Assembly: GCA_045649025.1 (NCBI GenBank)
Contig: JAZRPB010000025.1
Span: 38,600 to 102,599 of the forward strand
DNA: 64,000 bases
Source of the DNA: Clostridia bacterium
GTDB lineage: Bacteria; Bacillota; Clostridia; UBA1381
Reading direction: 5' to 3'
Shown: one piece after another, positions 1-7,724 of the stretch
Layout of the letters: each line of letters opens with the position of its first letter
How positions within the stretch are numbered: position 1 is the stretch's first letter
Program-made: the position numbers and the translations under genes
Notes under the pieces: model-generated
Databases searched by the model: none
The model's input: only the letters and a program-made list of their open reading frames with translations
What the model was told of the DNA's origin: nothing

Positions 1-1442
1 GTTTTAACGAAATAAAAAACACACTTGGCGTAATTGAAAACAAGAAAATATCTGTTTTCTGCGGCAAGGGTAACAATGGCGGCGACGGCTTTGCAATTGC
101 AAGACATTTAATAAATAACAACGCAGATGTAACCATATACCTCGTTTGCGGCGATACCTTCAAGGGCGATGCATTAATCAACTTTGAAATAATACGCAAT
201 ATGGGTGCAAAAATTATTACAATTGACGAAAACTATGATTTTTCATCGACTCTCCCCCTTTGCGATATGGTGGTTGACGCGATATTTGGCACAGGAATAA
301 GTGGTAATTTAGATACAAACTACGTTAAAATTATAAATGAAATAAATAAATATTCTAAATACACATTATCGGTAGACATTCCAAGCGGAATTAACGCTGA
401 CACAGGCGAGATTTGTTCTGCCTGTATAAATGCAGATAAAACTGTTACATTTGCACACTACAAACTTGGTTTGCTAATGTATCCTGGTGCTGACTATGTT
501 GGAGAAATAAAGTGTGTTGATATATCAATACCCGAATATATAACAAATTCCGTTGATGCAAATATAACTGTAATTGACAATAATTTATTCACAGACAATA
601 TGCCAAAAAGAAGGCGTAATTCTCAAAAAGGCGATTATGGCAAGCTGCTTATTGTTGCCGCCTCACGCGGTATGACAGGTGCTGCGTATCTTGCTTCACA
701 ATCATCTATGCTTTGCGGAAGCGGTCTTGTTACATTGGCAGTTCCCGATTGCGTGAATGATATTTTAGAGGTAAAAACAACAGAAAGTATGACTATGCCG
801 TTAAAGTCAGACAACGGTCATATTTCATACGAAGCAATTAATGAAATTTTAGAAAAAGCAAAAAATTGCGATGCAATATTAGTAGGTCCAGGGTTAGGAT
901 TGAGTGATGATGTTAAAAAGACAGTTGAAGAATTGGTTTTAAAATCCACAATTCCTTTAATACTTGATGCCGATGCCATAAATTGTGTTGCAAAAAATAC
1001 AGATATATTAAATAAATCCAAATGTGATATAATTCTTACTCCACATACTGTTGAATTTTCAAGGCTTACAGGATTGAGCATTGATGAAATCGAAAAAAAC
1101 AGAATAAGCACATCAGTTGAATTTGCAAAAAAATATGGTGTAACACTAATTTTAAAAGGATCTCGTACAATTGTAACCTCACCCGACGGTATGCAATATA
1201 TTAATATTACAGGCAATCCAGGCTTATCAACAGGCGGAAGCGGTGATGTTCTTTCGGGAATTGTTGCATCATTCATTGCACGAGGCATAAATCATTTAAA
1301 AGCATGTGCTATGGCAGTGTATCTTCACGGCGTAAGTGGTGATATTGCAAGCGATATTTTAGGTGAGGAAAGTGTTATTGCCACAGAGCTTTTAAATTGT
1401 ATACCAAAGGCATATAACCAAATATTACAGCTGGAAAAATAA
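1..1442 (+). CDS. nnr: Bifunctional NAD(P)H-hydrate repair enzyme (YjeF N-terminal epimerase plus ADP-dependent dehydratase); 5' end cut by the window edge
   Basis: The frame of ORF 201..1442 stays open back to nt 3 and reads SVFCGKGNNGGDGFAIARHL (YjeF_N motif). The C-terminal half has the kinase-like GGSGDVLSG motif. It sits directly upstream of alr. Confidence 0.9.
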   Translation, partial: FNEIKNTLGVIENKKISVFCGKGNNGGDGFAIARHLINNNADVTIYLVCGDTFKGDALINFEIIRNMGAKIITIDENYDFSSTLPLCDMVVDAIFGTGISGNLDTNYVKIINEINKYSKYTLSVDIPSGINADTGEICSACINADKTVTFAHYKLGLLMYPGADYVGEIKCVDISIPEYITNSVDANITVIDNNLFTDNMPKRRRNSQKGDYGKLLIVAASRGMTGAAYLASQSSMLCGSGLVTLAVPDCVNDILEVKTTESMTMPLKSDNGHISYEAINEILEKAKNCDAILVGPGLGLSDDVKKTVEELVLKSTIPLILDADAINCVAKNTDILNKSKCDIILTPHTVEFSRLTGLSIDEIEKNRISTSVEFAKKYGVTLILKGSRTIVTSPDGMQYINITGNPGLSTGGSGDVLSGIVASFIARGINHLKACAMAVYLHGVSGDIASDILGEESVIATELLNCIPKAYNQILQLEK

Positions 1443-1464
1443 AAGAAAGTGTGTTATTATATAT

Positions 1465-2634
1465 ATGAAAAACAAAAAATTTCGCGCGTGGGCAGAAATT
1501 GATATTGACGCAGCGGCAAAGAATATACAAAATGTAAGAGCCATAACAAATAAAAATGCTCAAATTATGGCAACTGTTAAAGCAGACGCATACGGACACG
1601 GTTTTTTAGAGATGTCTAAAATCTTTTTAGAAAACGGTGCAGACCGTCTTGCTGTGGCAACTCTCGACGAAGCAATACAATTGCGACGTGAGGGTATTGA
1701 TGTTCCTATAATGATACTTGGTGCATCGGACAGTGATGATGCCAAAGATATTATTAATTACGATATTATAAGCACTGTATTTGATTATGAATTTGCAAAA
1801 GTGCTTTCTGATGTTGCAGTTAAATTAAAAAAACAGGCAAAAATTCATATTAAACTTGATACAGGTATGACACGCATAGGCTTTGTTGTAACCGAAGATA
1901 ATGCTGCAGTAGTTAATGAAATATTAAATGTTGCTTCACTTCCCAACATATACACCGAGGGTATATTCTCTCATTTATCAACCTCTGATGAGGCAAATTC
2001 CGACTATACTAAAATGCAGTTTGAACGTTTTATGAATATTGTTGATGAACTAAAAACAAAGGGACTTAACATTCCAATTAAACATATATGCAACAGTGCT
2101 GCAATTATGATGTATCCCGAAATGCATCTTGATATGGTCAGACCAGGTATTATTTTATATGGACTATACCCCTCTGATGAGGTCAACAAAGCCAAATTAC
2201 CGCTAAAGCGTGTTATGACGCTAAAATCTCACATTACAATGATAAAAGAAGTTGAAGCCGGCAGAGGTGTAAGCTACGGAAAAGAGTACATAACCGACCA
2301 TACAACACGAATTGCTACTGTTTCAATCGGTTATGCAGACGGATATATAAGAAAATATGCAGAAAATGGTACTGTTTTATTGGAAAGCGGTGAAATTGCT
2401 CCCATTATCGGAAGAATTTGTATGGACCAATGTATGATTGACGTAACAAATGTCCATAATATTCATAAGGGTGATGAAGTAATCCTTTTTGGTAATGAAA
2501 GCATAACAACCGACGTTGTTGCAAAAAAACTTGGTACTATTAATTATGAAATTACCTGTATGGTTTCTAAACGTATTCCGAGAGTTTATATTAAAAACGA
2601 AAGGACGGTGAAAACACTGAACTATCTTGTATAG
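1465..2634 (+). CDS. alr: Alanine racemase
   Basis: 389 aa. PLP-lysine motif VKADAYGHG near the N-terminus and a typical Alr C-terminal domain. Classic alr-mazEF neighbourhood. Confidence 0.95.
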   Translation: MKNKKFRAWAEIDIDAAAKNIQNVRAITNKNAQIMATVKADAYGHGFLEMSKIFLENGADRLAVATLDEAIQLRREGIDVPIMILGASDSDDAKDIINYDIISTVFDYEFAKVLSDVAVKLKKQAKIHIKLDTGMTRIGFVVTEDNAAVVNEILNVASLPNIYTEGIFSHLSTSDEANSDYTKMQFERFMNIVDELKTKGLNIPIKHICNSAAIMMYPEMHLDMVRPGIILYGLYPSDEVNKAKLPLKRVMTLKSHITMIKEVEAGRGVSYGKEYITDHTTRIATVSIGYADGYIRKYAENGTVLLESGEIAPIIGRICMDQCMIDVTNVHNIHKGDEVILFGNESITTDVVAKKLGTINYEITCMVSKRIPRVYIKNERTVKTLNYLV

Positions 2635-2667
2635 TTTAAAGGAAGACCAGAAAGGAGCCTGATTGCT

Positions 2668-2826
2668 TTGTCACAAAACAAAAAAGATAACTTGGAGTTG
2701 CAAAAGAAACTCGAAAACGGTTATAAGGAAATGGCGGAAATAAATCTTGAATTAGCACAAATATGTTTTGAAGCTGACAATGATTGTTTGAAGCATTGCG
2801 AAGAAAAACTGACGGAGTGTGAGTAA
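2668..2826 (+). CDS. Short MazE/EndoAI-like antitoxin (52 aa, toxin-binding C-terminal segment only); not in the ORF track
   Basis: SD GAAAGGAG at 2650-2657, then TTG at 2668. The translation ...NGYKEMAEINLELAQICFEADNDCLKHCEEKL resembles the C-terminal GYMEMAKINL region of Bacillus EndoAI. The stop lies 3 nt before the mazF start. No ribbon-helix-helix part can be encoded because the alr stop is at 2632-2634. Confidence 0.55.
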   Translation: MSQNKKDNLELQKKLENGYKEMAEINLELAQICFEADNDCLKHCEEKLTECE

Positions 2827-2829
2827 ATT

Positions 2830-3180
2830 GTGATAGTAAAACGAGGAGATATTTATTACGCTGATTTAAGTCCCGTTGTAGGTAGTGAACAAGGCGGTAT
2901 ACGGCCTGTGCTAATAATTCAAAACGACATAGGCAATAAATACAGTCCCACTGTGATAGCAGCTGCAATCACAAGTCGGATAAATAAAGCTAAAATGCCT
3001 ACACATATTGAGCTTTGTGCCAAGGAATACGGACTTAATAAGGATTCTGTGATATTATTGGAGCAAATCAGGACAATAGATAAAAAACGATTAAGAGAAA
3101 AAATTGGTTGCCTGGACAATGAGCTTATGAATGAAGTAAATGATGCTTTGTCTGTAAGCTTTGGTCTGGGCGATTGTTAA
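2830..3180 (+). CDS. mazF: MazF/PemK-family mRNA interferase (EndoA type)
   Basis: 116 aa. [33 protein letters not shown] is nearly identical in pattern to Bacillus EndoA. GTG start. Confidence 0.93.
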   Translation: MIVKRGDIYYADLSPVVGSEQGGIRPVLIIQNDIGNKYSPTVIAAAITSRINKAKMPTHIELCAKEYGLNKDSVILLEQIRTIDKKRLREKIGCLDNELMNEVNDALSVSFGLGDC

Positions 3181-3203
3181 TATTAAATTTAAAGTACATT
3201 AGT

Positions 3204-3236
3204 AATCCGCAGGTGCAATACTTGCGGATTTTTTTA
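3204..3236 (+). terminator. Rho-independent terminator after mazF
   Basis: Stem AATCCGCA (3204-3211) / TGCGGATT (3223-3230), followed by a T-run to 3235. Confidence 0.7.
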
Positions 3237-3259
3237 TGCAAAAATATACAAAATATGTA

Positions 3260-3288
3260 TTGAAAAAAAATATGATATGTGATATAAT
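3260..3288 (+). promoter_or_regulatory. Sigma-A type promoter (TTGAAA, 17 nt spacer, TG-n-TATAAT)
   Basis: -35 TTGAAA at 3260-3265 and an extended -10 TGATATAAT ending at 3288, with an exact 17-nt spacer. Confidence 0.6.
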
Positions 3289-3495
3289 TGACACATACAG
3301 AATTTTATTTTATAAAATTCACAAGAGCTTACGCTCTTGTGTACTCTTTCGAGTACTGTGTCAATTGACGGCGTCGCAAAAATGCTCTTGCAAGCAATCA
3401 TTTTTACTCCTGGTAAAATAATTTTGCGGCATCAGAATTGTGCACTGATTATATAATTTTAATTGAGATATTATATATTTGAAGGAGGGATTAGC
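3289..3495 (+). promoter_or_regulatory. Structured leader element, copy 1 of a duplicated module (see findings); not a T-box
   Basis: A closing helix (3289-3295 / 3357-3363) surrounds three hairpins (3301-3319, 3320-3341, 3342-3355). The 56-nt core 3364-3419 matches the reverse complement of 43564-43619 at 53 of 56 positions. Confidence 0.5.
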
Positions 3496-3678
3496 TTGGT
3501 AATAAAAGTAATTGCTATTGTTTTAGCACTGATAGCTCTTATGTTGAATTTTCGTGGAAAATGGATTATGGAAACATTTTTAAAAAAAGACACCTCCTCC
3601 CAAAATTTACTTTTAGGAATGAAATTTGCAGCACTTATAATTGCAATTATAGCTTTTGTGCTTGTATTTTTATCTTAA
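3496..3678 (+). CDS. Small two-helix membrane protein (60 aa), hypothetical
   Basis: SD GGAGGG ends 6 nt before TTG at 3496. The product has two hydrophobic stretches (VIKVIAIVLALIALML and FAALIIAIIAFVLVFL). The track start at 3463 lacks an RBS. Confidence 0.5.
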   Translation: MVIKVIAIVLALIALMLNFRGKWIMETFLKKDTSSQNLLLGMKFAALIIAIIAFVLVFLS

Positions 3679-3705
3679 TAAACAACAGAAAGGAAGAATA
3701 TATAA

Positions 3706-6339
3706 ATGGAAGATGCAAACAACATTGCAAAAACCTACGACCCATCATCGTTCGAGGAAAGAATATATAATACATGGGTAGATAAAAAGTATTTTCATGC
3801 AAAGGTTAATAAAGATAAAAAACCTTTTACAATAGTTATTCCACCCCCTAATGTAACAGGTCAGTTGCATATGGGTCACGCTCTTGACGAAACAATACAG
3901 GATATTCTTATCCGTTACAAGAGAATGAAGGGCTTTGAGGCACTATGGGTGCCTGGAACAGACCATGCCGGTATTGCTACTCAAATAAAGGTTGAGGAAA
4001 GCTTAAGAGTAAATGAAGGTCTTACACGCTACGATTTGGGACGTGAAAAGTTTTTGGAGCGTGTATGGGATTGGAAAAATCAATACGGCGACAGAATAAT
4101 TAATCAGCTTAAAAAAATTGGTTCTTCTTGTGACTGGGACAGAGAGCGTTTTACAATGGATGAGGGCTGCTCAAAGGCTGTTAAGGAGGTTTTTGTTAAT
4201 TTATATAATAAAAATCTTATATATCAGGGCTCAAGAATAATAAACTGGTGTCCGCATTGTATCACTGCCCTATCTGATGCAGAGGTTGAACATAAGGAAC
4301 AGGCTGGACATTTCTGGCATATTAAATATCCGATTAAGGATAGTGACGGCTTTGTGGTTATTGCAACCACACGTCCTGAAACTTTATTGGGTGACGTGGC
4401 AGTTGCAGTTAATCCCAACGATAAAAGATACAAAGACCTTGTTGGTAAAAAACTGATTTTACCATTGGTTGGCAGAGAAATTCCTGTTATTGCAGATGAA
4501 TATGTTGATAAGGAATTTGGTACAGGCTGTGTTAAAATCACTCCTGCTCACGACCCTAACGACTTTGAGGTTGGTCAAAGACATAATCTTGAACAAATCA
4601 AGGTGATGAATGATGATGCAACCATTAACCACTATGGCGGAAAATACGAGGGTATGGACCGTTACGATGCAAGAAAGGCAATGGTTAAGGACCTTGAGGA
4701 TTTAGGCTTACTTGTTAAGGTTGAGGATCACACTCATAATGTTGGTGAGTGTTACAGATGCTCCACAACTGTTGAGCCGATTATTTCAAAACAATGGTTT
4801 GTTAAAATGAAGCCTCTTGCACAGCCTGCAATTGATGCTGTTAAAAACGGGGACACTAAATTTGTGCCCGAGCATTTCGAAAAGGTTTACTTCCACTGGT
4901 TAGAAAACATAAAGGATTGGTGTATCTCACGTCAGCTATGGTGGGGACACAGAATTCCCGCATTCTACTGCGATGAATGTGACGAGATGGTTGTAACAAA
5001 GGATGAGAGTGCAATATGTCCTAAATGCGGTAAAAAAATGCGTCAGGATCCCGACACACTTGATACATGGTTCTCATCTGCACTATGGCCATTCTCTACA
5101 CTTGGCTGGCCTGAAAAAACAGAGGAATTAGAATATTTCTATCCCACAAGTGTGCTTGTAACAGGCTACGACATTATTCCGTTCTGGGTAATGAGAATGA
5201 TGTTCTCTGCAATTGAGCATACAGGTCAGGTACCGTTTGACCACGTATTTATACACGGACTTGTGCGTGACTCACAGGGCAGAAAGATGTCTAAATCTCT
5301 TGGAAACGGCATTGACCCATTGGAAATCGTATCAAAATATGGTGCAGATGCATTAAGATTTACTCTTGCAACAGGTAACGCACCAGGTAATGATATGCGT
5401 TTCTATATTGAAAGAGTAGAGGCAAGCCGTAACTTTGCAAACAAGATATGGAATGCATCAAGATTTACACTAATGAATCTTGATATTAACGAAAATAAGC
5501 TACCTGATTTTGATGAGCTTCAAATTGAAGATAAGTGGATACTTTCAAAGTATAACGAGGTTGTAAAATCAGTTACCGAAAACCTTGACAATTTCGAGCT
5601 TGGTGTTGCAGTATCAAAGCTATATGACTTTATATGGGATAATTTCTGCGACTGGTATATTGAGCTTGTTAAGCCAAGACTGTTCGATAAAGAAAACCCA
5701 ACAGGCAAGAGTGCACAGTATGTTTTAACATATGTTTTATCAAATACTATGAAACTTCTTCATCCGTTTATGCCATTTATTACAGAGGAAATATGGCAAC
5801 ATCTTCCCCACGAGGGCGAAAGTATAATGATAAGTGACTATCCTGAATATAACAGTTCACTTGTGTTCGAAGATGAAGAAAAGGCAATGGAGCTTATAAT
5901 GTCGTCTATTACTGCAATAAGAAACAGACGTGCAGAGATGAATGTGCCACCATCAAAGAAAGCAAAGGTTATAATAGTAACCGACAAATCCGACATCTTT
6001 ACAAAGGGTGCAATATTCTTTGAAAAGCTTGCATCGGCAAGCGAAACTGTTGTGCAGGGCGATAAAACAGATATAAGTGCAAATGCAGTTAATATTGTTG
6101 TACCAAGTGCTGAAATATTCTTACCTCTTGATGATTTGGTTGATAAAGAAAAAGAGCTTGAAAGACTAAATGCTGAAAAGAAAAAGCTTGAGGGCGAAAT
6201 CAAGAGAGTTGAGGGCAAGTTAAATAACCCAGGCTTTGTTGCAAAAGCACCGCAAAAGGTTGTTGACGAAGAAAAAGCAAAGGGCGAAAAATATAAAGAA
6301 ATGCTTGCAAAGGTACTTGAAACAATTAATAATATGTAA
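3706..6339 (+). CDS. valS: Valine--tRNA ligase
   Basis: 877 aa. Class I HIGH motif ([10 protein letters not shown]), KMSKS motif, and the C-terminal coiled coil typical of ValRS. Confidence 0.97.
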   Translation: MEDANNIAKTYDPSSFEERIYNTWVDKKYFHAKVNKDKKPFTIVIPPPNVTGQLHMGHALDETIQDILIRYKRMKGFEALWVPGTDHAGIATQIKVEESLRVNEGLTRYDLGREKFLERVWDWKNQYGDRIINQLKKIGSSCDWDRERFTMDEGCSKAVKEVFVNLYNKNLIYQGSRIINWCPHCITALSDAEVEHKEQAGHFWHIKYPIKDSDGFVVIATTRPETLLGDVAVAVNPNDKRYKDLVGKKLILPLVGREIPVIADEYVDKEFGTGCVKITPAHDPNDFEVGQRHNLEQIKVMNDDATINHYGGKYEGMDRYDARKAMVKDLEDLGLLVKVEDHTHNVGECYRCSTTVEPIISKQWFVKMKPLAQPAIDAVKNGDTKFVPEHFEKVYFHWLENIKDWCISRQLWWGHRIPAFYCDECDEMVVTKDESAICPKCGKKMRQDPDTLDTWFSSALWPFSTLGWPEKTEELEYFYPTSVLVTGYDIIPFWVMRMMFSAIEHTGQVPFDHVFIHGLVRDSQGRKMSKSLGNGIDPLEIVSKYGADALRFTLATGNAPGNDMRFYIERVEASRNFANKIWNASRFTLMNLDINENKLPDFDELQIEDKWILSKYNEVVKSVTENLDNFELGVAVSKLYDFIWDNFCDWYIELVKPRLFDKENPTGKSAQYVLTYVLSNTMKLLHPFMPFITEEIWQHLPHEGESIMISDYPEYNSSLVFEDEEKAMELIMSSITAIRNRRAEMNVPPSKKAKVIIVTDKSDIFTKGAIFFEKLASASETVVQGDKTDISANAVNIVVPSAEIFLPLDDLVDKEKELERLNAEKKKLEGEIKRVEGKLNNPGFVAKAPQKVVDEEKAKGEKYKEMLAKVLETINNM

Positions 6340-6349
6340 TTTAAGCAAC

Positions 6350-6381
6350 AAAAAACACTTCACAAAGTGAAGTGTTTTTTT
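6350..6381. terminator. Bidirectional terminator between valS and the convergent flavoprotein gene
   Basis: Stem AACACTTCAC (6354-6363) / GTGAAGTGTT (6367-6376), flanked by an A-run upstream and a T-run downstream. Confidence 0.75.
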
Positions 6382-6382
6382 G

Positions 6383-7003
6383 TCATCTTATAAAGCTTGT
6401 TCTTTCTACCTTTGGATTGTTTGGTGCCTCAATACCGTTTTTCTTACCTGCTTCTATACACTTTAAAAGCCAAACCATATTTCTTGCACCGTTACGCATT
6501 GTCTGCATACCCTCTAAATCCTGTTTAACCTCTTCAGGCGTGTTTCCGTGTACATTATTCCAATACGTAGAAGAAACAACAGGCATCTGGTTTATTGTGC
6601 AATGCTTTAGCACTGCATCAAGTGATGCAGTTGTGCCGCCACGTCTTGCAGAGGCTACTGCCATTGCAGGCTTATGTGCAAAATACTTTGCTCCTGAATA
6701 GAAGGCACGGTCGAGGAATGATAAAATTCTTCCGCTTGGATGTGCATAATAAACAGGTGTGCCAAACACGAATGCATCGGCACTCTTTGCTTTTTCAACA
6801 ATTTCATTCACAATATCATCATCAAATCTGCACTTGCCAAGCTGCACACACGCTTTGCAGCCAATACAGTCACGGATAGGGTCTGTACCCAGTGTTACTA
6901 TTTCGTATTCTATGCCTTCTTCTTTAAATACTGTACACATTTCACTTAATGCAGTATATGTGCAGCCTTCACGGCTACTGCCATTTATAAGTAATACCTT
7001 CAT
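6383..7003 (-). CDS. Flavodoxin-fold NADPH-dependent FMN reductase family protein, iron-sulfur flavoprotein (Isf)-like
   Basis: 206 aa. N-terminal MKVLLINGS flavodoxin-like start and a compact cysteine motif CIGCKACVQLGKC (CX2CX2CX5C). Confidence 0.8.
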   Translation of the reverse strand: MKVLLINGSSREGCTYTALSEMCTVFKEEGIEYEIVTLGTDPIRDCIGCKACVQLGKCRFDDDIVNEIVEKAKSADAFVFGTPVYYAHPSGRILSFLDRAFYSGAKYFAHKPAMAVASARRGGTTASLDAVLKHCTINQMPVVSSTYWNNVHGNTPEEVKQDLEGMQTMRNGARNMVWLLKCIEAGKKNGIEAPNNPKVERTSFIR

Positions 7004-7043
7004 AAAACATACAACCTTTCTATTTTTAATTTCTTATCAAAAC

Positions 7044-7072
7044 GGGACGTCGCGGACGCCGTCCCCTACAAT
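7044..7072 (-). repeat. REP-like unit: GTAG followed by a GC-rich hairpin (read on the minus strand)
   Basis: The minus strand reads ATTGTAGGGGACGGCGTCCGCGACGTCCC, with stem GGGACG/CGTCCC. It shares ATTGTAGGGGA plus a hairpin with 13407-13434. Confidence 0.5.
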
Positions 7073-7074
7073 TT

Positions 7075-7114
7075 TGATACTTCACGAATGAACAAGTGGT
7101 ATGATGGGCAATTT
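7075..7114. repeat. Partial (right-half) copy of the MITE-like element
   Basis: TGATAC...GAACAAGTGGTATGATGGGCAATTT aligns with the right halves of 7134-7219 and 14240-14322. Confidence 0.4.
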
Positions 7115-7133
7115 CATCTATCAAATCCATAAT

Positions 7134-7219
7134 AAAATTGTTCAGATTGCCGCTTTGAAGTTTGGGTGCTGTATGTTTGATACCGCCCCAAACGAACAAG
7201 TGGCAAGATGAGCAATTTT
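7134..7219. repeat. MITE-like palindromic element (86 nt) abutting the GNAT stop codon
   Basis: Terminal inverted repeats AAAATTG/CAATTTT. The first 19 nt are identical, and 16 of the last 19 nt identical, to 14240-14322. It has a central hairpin. Its last TT plus the next A form the TAA stop of the GNAT gene on the minus strand. Confidence 0.65.
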
Positions 7220-7712
7220 ATTCGGATTTACAATAGTCTTTTACCAATTTCGCTCTTATATATCCCCTGTCTGTATCAGTCGATTCAATATAAAAACCTC
7301 TGCCATAGTAAAATCTTATAAGGTCTGTTACCTTTGAGCCTGTATGTAAATATATTCGCTCAACACCCTTTTTAATCATAATTTTATCAACAAGATTCAT
7401 TATTGATTTACCTATTCCGTTATTCTGGTTGGAAATTCTTACGCCAAATCTTGTTAAATACGCTGTATTATCAGGTAAAATCTCCACACGTACACTGCCA
7501 ACATACTGACCGTTATCAAGTGCAACTAGCACAAGCTTTGTGTTAATATCGTGTTTAACATCGGCATACGTTTCATTAAGTGCGTCAAGCTGTGTCACAC
7601 CCGAAATTTCACTGTACTTCAAAAACGCCTCTCTTGTCATCTCCATAATTGCGGGAATATCATCATAATTTGCAAGGCGTATCTGAAAAAGTGATTCGTA
7701 ATCTACTACCAT
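7218..7712 (-). CDS. GNAT-family N-acetyltransferase, last gene of the argD-argF cluster
   Basis: 164 aa. Acetyl-CoA binding motif QNNGIGKS. SD AAGGGAGAG upstream of the ATG. The start is 12 nt downstream of the argF stop. Confidence 0.8.
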   Translation of the reverse strand: MVVDYESLFQIRLANYDDIPAIMEMTREAFLKYSEISGVTQLDALNETYADVKHDINTKLVLVALDNGQYVGSVRVEILPDNTAYLTRFGVRISNQNNGIGKSIMNLVDKIMIKKGVERIYLHTGSKVTDLIRFYYGRGFYIESTDTDRGYIRAKLVKDYCKSE

Positions 7713-7724
7713 TTTACTCTCCCT

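Noticed and set aside
818-1288. Numerous antisense or shadow ORFs in the track, for example 818..1288(-), 5838..6218(-), 12040..12597(+), 15481..16035(+), 19191..19691(-), 49368..50081(-), 52562..53188(+), 58414..58875(+), 62231..62710(+).
   Set aside because: Each lies fully inside, and opposite or out of frame to, a gene with clear family motifs. The translations are low-complexity (S/I/F/L-rich) and lack RBS support. They are typical frame shadows in AT-rich DNA.
3234-3401. Small ORFs on the strand opposite the two leader copies, each with a strong AGGAG-N5-ATG start. One is 55 aa on the minus strand at 3234-3401. The other is 45 aa on the plus strand at 43582-43719, contained in track ORF 43519..43719. 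They share the N-terminus M(I/L)ACK(S/G)IF(A/T)TPS(I/M).
   Set aside because: All four nucleotide differences within the 13 conserved codons are non-synonymous, and there are no synonymous changes. Beyond codon 13 the peptides are unrelated, while the underlying nucleotides keep base-paired helices. The similar aromatic C-termini coincide with the -10 and -35 boxes of the opposite-strand promoter. RNA- or DNA-level conservation explains the data better. This is not fully excluded and is mentioned in the leader finding.
3181-3705. Expected T-box riboswitch upstream of valS; also track ORF 3236..3421.
   Set aside because: No T-box consensus (GGTGGTACCGCG-like), specifier loop or terminator/antiterminator pair is visible. 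ORF 3236..3421 has no RBS and lies across the promoter and hairpins.
7013-7133. 34-aa minus-strand ORF MDLIDEIAHHTTCSFVKYQNCRGRRPRRPVLIRN inside the flavoprotein-GNAT spacer.
   Set aside because: There is no SD upstream. It is composed entirely of repeat-element sequence, and its Arg-rich end is the GC hairpin of the REP-like unit.
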